DNA of 58,571 nucleotides, from NCBI RefSeq assembly GCF_004010195.1, contig NC_057718.1, forward strand, positions 79,317,643 through 79,376,213. Reading direction: 5' to 3'. Source of the DNA: Chiloscyllium plagiosum. Its lineage: Eukaryota. Made by a program: the position numbers and the translations under genes. Position 1 is the stretch's first letter. Every line of letters starts with the position of its first letter. This document shows, in pieces, positions 50,229 through 58,571 of the stretch. The notes beneath the pieces were generated by a model. The model had not been told where the DNA came from. It saw only the letters and a program-made list of their open reading frames with translations, and made no database searches.

Positions 50229-51540
50229 TTACTCATATGATGGCTCTAGTCAAAAGGAATAGGGATTGCAAGCTTAAGGGGAGACCAGAAAGCTAGTGTT
50301 GTTTTACTTAAAGGAAAGAGAATTAAGAGGAAACTTGAAAAATGTCTTTAAATTCGCAGAAGGCCTTATTGTGTAAATAAGACAACTTTTTCCAGTGGCA
50401 GGTGGGTCAGTAACCAGGCAACCAGATTAAGCTACTTTGCAAAAAGAGCCAGAGGCAACATAAAGAAATTTTTTTACATTGTGAGTTTTTTTGATCTGGA
50501 ATGAACCTCAAAAGTGAATTGGATAAGTACCTGATTGGAAAAAACATTGCGGGTTGCATAGAAAAAAGCAGGGTTTGAGAGCCTTGTTGGATAGCTGGAA
50601 TCTCAGATCTGCAGAGAATGAAGATGTTTGATGTAGCTTTTCACTGTTTTGATAGTTTTTTGCCCAAACAAAGAAAGACAAATGTGCTTCACTTTGCAAA
50701 TATTCTCATTTCCATCAACAATACATTTAAGCCCAGATATTTGCCATGTTGGAGAGGTTCCCCAATGTGGCAAACATGATGGAAAAGATTGGAATTATAA
50801 GGCATACACATGGACATGACATTGCCTATTTTTGTGGAGGTATGGGATTGGACTCTGATCAAGTTTTGCATCTGTGCAGTTTGTGGAGGCAGTTGGCAAT
50901 TTAAATCCTCATTTGAATCTAAGTTTACATGTCAAACAGACATCAGAGATTACAGGAGTCCAAAATGAAAATCCTTGGTATAAAGGGGTCTTTAAGTAGC
51001 TTGAGAATTCAGGTAGAATAGGCAAGCATTTTAAAAATAAGTTAGAACTCAGATCAAGCATTGTTCCCACAACATGCAGATATGACAAAAACAATTGAAA
51101 GTTTTACTTATACTCCTGGTTCAAGTCGGGCACATTACAAACCCAATAATTAATAGTGAATAAGCATTGGGCATATTAAAGTTATATGCCGTTCTGGACT
51201 GACAGGTGAATTTTTGGGAGACTTCAATTAGGCTATGAAAGATGGGAGATCTTTCATTAAAGCTACAAAGGTAGAAATCATCCAAGAAACTACAAGAAAA
51301 AATAGGAACCTTCCATTAAAGCTGTGAAAAATGGGAGTCCTCGATTAACCTTGAAAGATGGGAATTCATCATTACAACTGTGAAAAGGCAAGAATCCACC
51401 ATTTCAATGGCAAAATGTATGAAAACCTTCCAAGACAGCAGAAAGGCACAGGAGAGCTCGCTTTACTGTAAAACAAAATCTTTAAAGTAAATGAGATATC
51501 TAAGCATATCTAAACCATCCTATAAAATGAGCTAGGCCAA

Positions 51541-51620
51541 ATTAGATTAGATTAAATTAGATTACAGTGTGGAAACAGGCCCTTCGGCCCAACAAGTCCA
51601 CACCGACCCGCCGAAGCGAC
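51541..51620 (-). mobile_element. HE1-like SINE 3' tail fragment
   Basis: (attag)n plus cagtgtggaaacaggcccttcggccc. Confidence 0.85.
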
Positions 51621-52449
51621 CTTTTTTTTTAATTTTGAATGTATGTAGTAGAGGTGAATGTTGATATATTATAAAGAAGTTTGTATAGTTATAGAAATAT
51701 GATAGCAACAGTACTTTTATATTAAAGATGAAATTTTGTAGAATGCTAGCTACCATTGCTTGATTAATTAAATTTGTCCAGCAACATGAAAAAGGCTTTC
51801 AAAATGCTTGGTGGTCTTTCCCTTGTAAGAAAATCTTAGATTTTTTCATCAAGTATAAAAAAAATCTATATTTAGAATATTCACCTGTTTGAAGTACATA
51901 TAATAAAAACATTTAAGATAGCAAGCAATTGAGATTTAGAAACAGGCTACAGAGCAGCAGTTACAGCTTTCTACCAGGCAGAATAATTGTTTTAACTATT
52001 TCAACATAAAATCTAAAAGTTTGACATTTCTAAAATCCTAAAGTCAGAAATAGAGCACAAATTAAGAAATCCTGGTGAAAACAATTCTTAAGATGTTGAA
52101 TGGCTTCAAAATTGGATAGTAAGTCAGAATCTGAATAAATTACTACACTTGGCATGACAGCAGATGATGTTATAGACCAAGGCATGCTTTTATGGTAAAA
52201 CAACAAGTTACTTTCAGAAAATGCTGAAGCAGAACACAGCCACAGAAAAGGAAAAGATCAAAGAAGGACCCACACAAACAATCTTCTGTAAAAGACAACA
52301 CAAAGACTTCCTAGGAGAAATCAGTGACCAGACCTAGTGTTTTAGCAAGCTGATATTTATGTCAATGCGCATCTCTCAAGTTTCAAGTTAAATACCAGAA
52401 TAAATATCACAATATTGACAGATTAGATGCCTTGGCTGAGAAACCACTC

Positions 52450-53363
52450 ACATAGAACAAAGAACAGTACAGGACAGGAACAAGCTTCTTGGCCCTCCAA
52501 GCTTGTACCAACACATTTTGTCCTTCCATACTAAAACTGTCTTCACTTGCAGGATCCATACTTCTCTATTCCCTTCCTTGGCATATATTCATCTAGGTAT
52601 TTTTTGAATGCTGTTATTGTGTCTGCTTCAACCACCTCCTCTGGCAGCACATTTCAAGCACTCACATCCTTTGTGCGAAAAAACTTGCTTCACACATCTC
52701 TTTTAAACTTCTCCCCTGCCCCTTGAACCTGTATCCCGAAGTAATTGTCCCTTCCACCCTGGGAAAATGCCTCATACCTTCCACTCTATCCATGCCATTC
52801 ACAAGCTTATAAACGTTTATTTGGTCACCCCTCAACATCCTGCGTTCCAATGAGAACAAGCCCATTCAATCTAACCTTTCCTCACAGCTAAAATTCCCCA
52901 TACCAGGCAACATCTTGGTAAACCTTTTCTGTACCATCTCCAAAACATCCACATCCTTCTGGTAGTGTCGTGACCAGAACTATATACAATATTCCACGTG
53001 TGGCCTAACTAAAGTTCTGTATACCTGCAGCATAACTTGTCTATCCTCACATTGTATGGCAAGCACACCATAGGCCTTTTTAACCACCTTATCTACCTGC
53101 GCTGCTGCCTTCAGTGGAGTACTGCAAACCCAGATACCTCTACATATCAGTACTCCTAAGAGTTCTGCCTTTCACTGCATAATTTCCACCTGTACCTGAC
53201 CTTACAAAATGCAGCACCTCATGTTTGTCCAGATTAAACTCCATCTGCCATTTTTTTGCCCATGCCTCCAACCAATCTATATCCTGTTGTATCCTCTGAC
53301 AATCCTCCTCACTACAAAATTTATATCATTTGCAGACTTACTAATTAGACCAGCTATGTTTTC
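52450..53363 (-). mobile_element. CR1 LINE 3' portion
   Basis: ORF 52662-52865 GLFSLERRMLRGDQINVYK; catagaacaaagaac tail. Confidence 0.85.
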
Positions 53364-53456
53364 CTGACTTCACATGACAAAGGAGCAGTGCTCCAAAAGC
53401 TTGTGTTTTCAAATAAACCTGTTGGACTATAGCTTGGTGTCACGTGACTTCTGACC
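53364..53456 (+). mobile_element. Penelope-like terminal fragment (GGAGC family)
   Basis: tgacaaaGGAGCagtGCTCCaaaagct...aaataaacctgttggactata. Confidence 0.75.
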
Positions 53457-53479
53457 ATATCTGACAGAAGCCACAACCA

Positions 53480-53690
53480 CATGGTTCTTTACGGAAAGTG
53501 GTGGCTGCCATAGAATGCACTGCCAGTGGTGGAGTAGAGTCACATACATTTAAGTGATTCTTGGATAGGCACATGGAAGATAGTACAATGAAGGATAAGT
53601 AGGTTAGTTTGATCTTAGAGTAGGATAAAAGGTCGGCACAACATTGAGGGCCACAGGGCTGTACTGTGCTGTACTGTTCTAAGTTCTAAA
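53480..53690 (+). mobile_element. CR1 3' tail
   Basis: ggcacaacattgagggcc...gtactgttctaagttcta, related to 1-88. Confidence 0.7.
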
Positions 53691-53719
53691 GTATGATACC
53701 GACCTACATAAGGGAATAT

Positions 53720-54200
53720 TAGGGCAGAAGACCAAAACAGTGATCAAAGAGATTTAAATAGCTTCTTAAAAGAGGAAAGCAAGGTAAAGAGATGCAGATG
53801 TTTAAGTGTAGGAGCTTGGCAGCCGAAAGCATGGTGGAGCAATTAAAATTACAGGTACTCAAGGGCACAGAATTAGATGACCACAGGGAAATCAGTGGGC
53901 TGTGGGGTTGGGGAAGAATACGGTGATAGAGAATTAGGAGCTGATGGCTTTGAAATTGAGATTGAAAATTTTAAACTTAAGGTATTGTTTAAGTGAGAGC
54001 TAATATAAGTCAGCAAGTCCATAGATGATGGATAAGTAAGACTTCGTGAGAATTGGAACATGGGCAGCAAAATTTAGGATGCATCAAGTTTAAAGAAGGT
54101 AGAATATGGGAGTCTGATCAGGAATATGTCAAAATAATCAACCTACAAATAACAGGAGTAAGAATAAGGGTTTCAGCAGCATATGAAATGAGACATGAGC
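53720..54200 (-). mobile_element. Ancient L2-like LINE relic
   Basis: Purine-rich degenerate pattern resembling a reverse L2 3' ORF region; pattern recognition only. Confidence 0.35.
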
Positions 54201-55710
54201 CAAGTGAGATAATGTTTATGGGTTCTCCCATCAAATTGTTGGATGAGTGTTCAGTAACAGACCAATTGTTCACCATCTTATTGATAATATCTCATTTGTG
54301 TGGTAAGCTAAATCTTGATTTGCAGATCCAGTGATGGAGGGTTGAGTAAAAGCATTAGCCTTGCAGTGTGCTCACTTGTCCTGTAAAGATCTGGTTCAGT
54401 TCTGTTCTAATATCAAAATTGTTTAATGATTACTTCTCCTTTTGGAGCAGATTCTTCACATGTCATGTCAAATAGCTTTTCCAGAATGCAGTGCTATGGA
54501 AATGATTCAGTAGTGTTACTGCGCACTGTGACTTCTTGATTCTGAAGAGAATCTCATGCCTGACATCATTGTTTGCTCAAAGGGTGAGTGTTGTACCTTT
54601 GCTTTTGGAGACAATGAGAGACTTGAGAACTTCATGAAATGCCTCTTGAAGCTCTGCAGCCTTGTTCTCCCATCACTTGTTCTTCATTTCTCTTAGTTTG
54701 GCTTGGTTGATGGTATCTGGATTTTCTTGCTGATTTTCTTTTGTGCACGTTATCTAAAAGTTTGATTCTATCTTGGTCGTTCTTGTTAAACTAATTTTAG
54801 TGCTTCCGTTTAACAAATCCAAGGAACTATGCAGTACTATGAGAACCATCTCTTTTTCTAAGAGTCTTCAATGTCTGTTTCACCTCTGGCATATTAGCAA
54901 ATAATATGGCTATTTTGTGGCTGTTTCCCTTGTGATTTGAATCAAGTCTTATAGCACCACATTCTTTCTCTGCGTACAGAAATTTCTTCTGAATTCTTTA
55001 TTGGATTTATCAGTGAATATCTAATATTTATTGTCTTTAGTTTCATTCTTCCTCTTTTCAATGTATATTCCATCAAATTCATCCACAATAGTGAGACATC
55101 TGTTCATCCTTCTCTATTCCAGAGTAAAGAACTCCAGATAATTCAGTCTTCCTTGATAGTTAAAATCTTCAACATCATCAACAACAATTTGTACTTATAG
55201 AGTCATAGTGACATACAGCATGGAAACAAACCCTTCCGCAACCAGTCCATGTTGAACATAAGAATCTAGCACATTTAATTTGAACAAGCTAGACCATGGC
55301 AGATGGCATATAATGTGAAGCTATTTATTTTTTTGAAAAAGCAGAGAGGCAGAATTCTTGGTTTTCTTGGTTTCTTGGGTTGAACGTCAATGTGATATGG
55401 TCTACGTGCTTCTGTATATATTAGCCCATGTCACATTTACCATGAAGACTGCATTCACATTGGGACAGATGTCTTGAGGTTTATTAATAACACCAACTAT
55501 TTACATTGTTATGAAACATCACATTTAGAAATAGAAGTCTGAATCAGGTCTGAACAATATACACTGTAGAGAGAAGAATGGTAGAATCAAGTGAGGTATT
55601 CAGTGAGGCCCATCTCAACATTTCATTCAATTCACTTTTCTTAAATGCTGTGGCACAATTATGCTAGGCAGCGGTAAGTTCCCTTTGATACTCATCATTG
55701 CTTCTTAAGT

Positions 55711-55916
55711 TTAGATCAAGTGGTGCTGGAAAAGCACAGCAGGTCAGGCAGAATCTGAGGAGCAGGAAAATTGACATTTTGGGCAAAAGATGAAGGGCTT
55801 TTGCCCGAAATGTCGATTTTCCTGCTTCTCGGATGCTGCCTGACCTGCTGTGCTTTTCCAGCACCACTTTGATCTAAACTCTGGTTTCCAGCATCTGCAG
55901 TCCTTACTTTTGCCTA
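55711..55916. mobile_element. Penelope-like fold-back insertion (GGGC/GCCC family)
   Basis: TSD att(g/c)cttcttaagt (55697-55710, 55917-55930); gatgaaGGGCttttGCCCgaaatgtc just after the inversion point. Confidence 0.85.
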
Positions 55917-56049
55917 ATTCCTTCTTAAGTAGCTTATTAATGGCCTAACTCACCATGGGTTACAATCTTATCAAACTTGCCATACAAACTAGCCATTGGG
56001 AAAGTTCAACTTAGAAACGAGAATGGATTATTGGCGAATTCAACTTGCC

Positions 56050-57640
56050 ACTTGCTTCAGTAGACCTCCATCTTGCCCACAGACTGCAGAGCAGGCATGA
56101 TTCACTGACATCAGCCACATATACCCCTTCAACCATTGACATTAACATTCCATTTTTAGGAAGTAATTGCTGGAAGCAAGTTGACCATCCTCAGCTGAAC
56201 CTTCCGTGTTCAGAGGGTGGAGGTGGAGAGGCCAGCCACCTCCACAGTCCCTTGAGGGGAAATTGTTAAGCATGTGATCCTTCATTCATCTGTATGCTTC
56301 ATCGCACCATCTTGTCTCCTTGTGACTCATGCAACACTTTGCATTCCATTCACATGTGCTTTCAGCCCTGAGAATCATCGCATGGGGTGATAAGGTCTGC
56401 GTATTATTGACTGTCCAGCAGCCTCTGAGGGTGTTGGGCCTGTCTCTGTATAGCACCTGCCAATTTGTCCATCAAGGCAGACAAATGGTCACAGGCTTGG
56501 CTACATTGTTACACCACCTGGGTGATAACGGGAAATATGTTCCAGGACTAGCTGTGTCGTTCCAGCTTCCGGCTGTGAGGGTTATCATTTTCTGTCTGCC
56601 TGCCGCTGCTTCTCTTTCTTGTTCATCTGGATGAGATCACCATCACTAAGACTACAAGGTCATCTCCTGCTAGGGGCTCAGCAGGTGCCTGATCTCTGAT
56701 TGCCAGTGGCCTGGGTGTTTCTCCCTCACCCATCTATGTAGTAGCTGGTGTGTGGAGCTCACTATGCGCCCTTATACAGTCCAAAGGGATGTTGCCATCT
56801 CTGCTGCTCGATGGTCCGTGAGCCAATGTGAACAGTGGTCCCTCTAATACGTTGCATGGGGAGATCAAGGACCATTCCTCTGTGGGAGATGGATTGTCAT
56901 TAGGAGGATGGATGCAAATGTAAGACACATGAGGCAGACAACAATGCGATCATTGGATAGTAGTAGTAGCGTTCAGGTCATTTTAATTTCTGCCTGGTTT
57001 CAGGTGTCCCAACAGAGATGTCTCCACATCCCTGCAGGAGCTGTCCATGTTCTCCTGCATAGGCAAGTATTCTTTCCTCCAAGGGCATGAGGACAGAGAT
57101 ACCTGGTGTCACAGCACCTGTCCAGTGTTGCGCAGGTATTTTATGGGATGTCTTCTCTTGTAATGTCATAAAGGAGCTGAATGAGTAAGTGGGTGGCATA
57201 GCTGTTCAGGCTGGTGAGTATTGGGTAAGGCTGATGAGGTGTTCTGAGGGAGTGAGGAGCAGTGCAAAGGGCATGTGGTGTTAGTGGTATGAGAATTTTT
57301 GAAATAATTAGACTGGGTGAGGGGAGGTGTTGCATGCAACAGAGAGGGCAGCAGAGCAATGGCATTAGTGGGAGGTGAATGTGGTGGCACAGATAAGTAT
57401 GAAGTAGAAAAGAGCAGAATACTTCTTTCACTCTGGCAGAGAAGATAAGATCATTGACCATCTTCCTGCACTGCTTCCTAGTTGTCCTCATCCTGAAGAA
57501 GGCGCTGACCTGAGTAGTGAGACAATGCTGCCACTTTAACAAGGTTATGTTGTCCTTGGTTATTTTCAAGATGGCTTCGTAAAGGCAGAGGTTCTGATAT
57601 GTCTGGAAATGGCTCCTTGAAAACAGTGGCATGTGAGTGG
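56050..57640 (-). mobile_element. PIF/Harbinger-like remnant with Myb/SANT-like ORF
   Basis: ORF 57141-57632 N-terminus W...VSA...RTTRKQCRKMVNDL..SAR matches the Myb/SANT pattern of Harbinger accessory proteins. Confidence 0.55.
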
Positions 57641-57644
57641 CCAG

Positions 57645-58100
57645 TTCTCTCAGTTCAGGTTTTTTTTAGTTTGATCTGTTTTTAGCAGGAAGTCAAAAAG
57701 CTACTAGGGATGTGGAGAAGCAGCTACAGTGAAAAGAGGTTGCATGTTTCAACAGAGGTCTTGCTTGAGCTTTCTCTATGAAAACCCTGCCTGTAAGAAC
57801 CTGTGTTTGAATTTACCTTTTGCCAAGGGGTGTTTGCTAAGGGTTTATGGGATGTTGCAGGGATTGGAACAGCTTCATTAACTTACAATATCGTGATGGT
57901 TGGGTGATCAAGTAAGTTAATTTATTCTAAATTCTGTTTTCTTTTGTTTGTGTTTCATCCATCATGTTTGAGCTGAGTGGTTTGACCAGGTGCATCACTC
58001 TTGAAATATCCACTTTACATTAGCCTAAAAAAGAATAAAAAGTTAGCCTCCTGGGCTACCTTCTTGAAACATTTTTAGGGGGTCTGGCCTGATTCATAAA
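57645..58100. mobile_element. Possible decayed solo LTR
   Basis: Compositionally distinct block interrupting the Harbinger-like region and ending ggtctggcctgattcataa; no clear TG...CA pair or TSD seen. Confidence 0.3.
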
Positions 58101-58380
58101 GGTGGTGATCTCCAACCAGGCTGGCATGGAATGTGGCCTCCTCTGCTGGTCCTCCTAGAAGGGGACTCCTCTTCCCTTGACTACCCTATCCACAAGGACC
58201 TCCCAGGTCTCTCAAAGAAGTAAGTGTCAGGGTCCCAACCTCTGCCATATTTCCTCACCCCTTCCACAACTGAGCAGTACAGCTTCCTGCAGGTGCACAG
58301 AGGGTTGTGGTGTGACCACAAGGGATGATGGTCCGAGGGAGGACCTCTGCTGAGCGGTGGGTTGCTATAGTAATGACATA

Positions 58381-58437
58381 AAGTCATAGTCATAGAGTCA
58401 TGGAGATGTACAGTATGAACAGACCCTTCGGTCCAAC
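58381..58437 (-). mobile_element. CR1 3' tail fragment
   Basis: (agtcatag)n-like tail plus agacccttcggtccaac. Confidence 0.8.
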
Positions 58438-58571
58438 TTAGGTAAAAACAATGACTGCAGATGCTGGAAACCAAATTCTGGATTAGTGGTGCTGGAAGAG
58501 CACAGCAGTTCAGGCAGCATCCGAGGACAGGCAAAATCGACGTTTCGGGCAAAAGCCCTTCATCAGGAATA
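58438..58571 (-). mobile_element. Young Penelope-like terminal repeat (runs off window)
   Basis: Family match to 39180-39394 and 55711-55916; CpGs intact. Confidence 0.85.
58535..58570 (-). ncRNA. Minimal type-I hammerhead ribozyme motif, consensus core
   Basis: Minus strand auuc-CUGAUGA-A-GGGC-UUUU-GCCC-GAA-ACGU-C-gauu; GUC triplet at 58541-58539. Confidence 0.7.

Noticed and set aside
54350..55060. Possible RTE-like LINE relic on the minus strand
   Set aside because: Too degenerate to support from the sequence alone

Overview
Repeat-rich vertebrate non-coding DNA, intronic or intergenic. The HE1-like SINEs, HER1/CR1 LINEs and Penelope repeats point to an elasmobranch, probably a shark (inference). 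I cannot support an intact protein-coding gene. The recognisable ORFs in the track are decayed retroelement or transposon fragments, and the rest look like chance ORFs. The window holds nested CR1 LINEs, a Tx1/L1-like LINE, a Rex1/Babar LINE, about ten HE1-like SINEs, old DeuSINE-like relics and PIF/Harbinger debris. It also holds about a dozen Penelope-like terminal-repeat insertions. The most interesting signal is in those insertions. They carry minimal type-I hammerhead ribozyme motifs: CUGANGA, a stem II that covaries between subfamilies, GAA, a palindromic 4-mer and an NUH site. One core matches the consensus (58539-58566, minus strand), and several copies sit in fold-back hairpins whose junctions fall at the ribozyme. 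Other oddities are a 167-bp-arm palindrome, a 42-bp templated inverted insertion, an apparently identical 353-bp tandem duplication, and a TE-free island with RFX X-boxes and a perfect minus-strand splice donor. Element boundaries were read by eye and are approximate unless a target-site duplication (TSD) is given.
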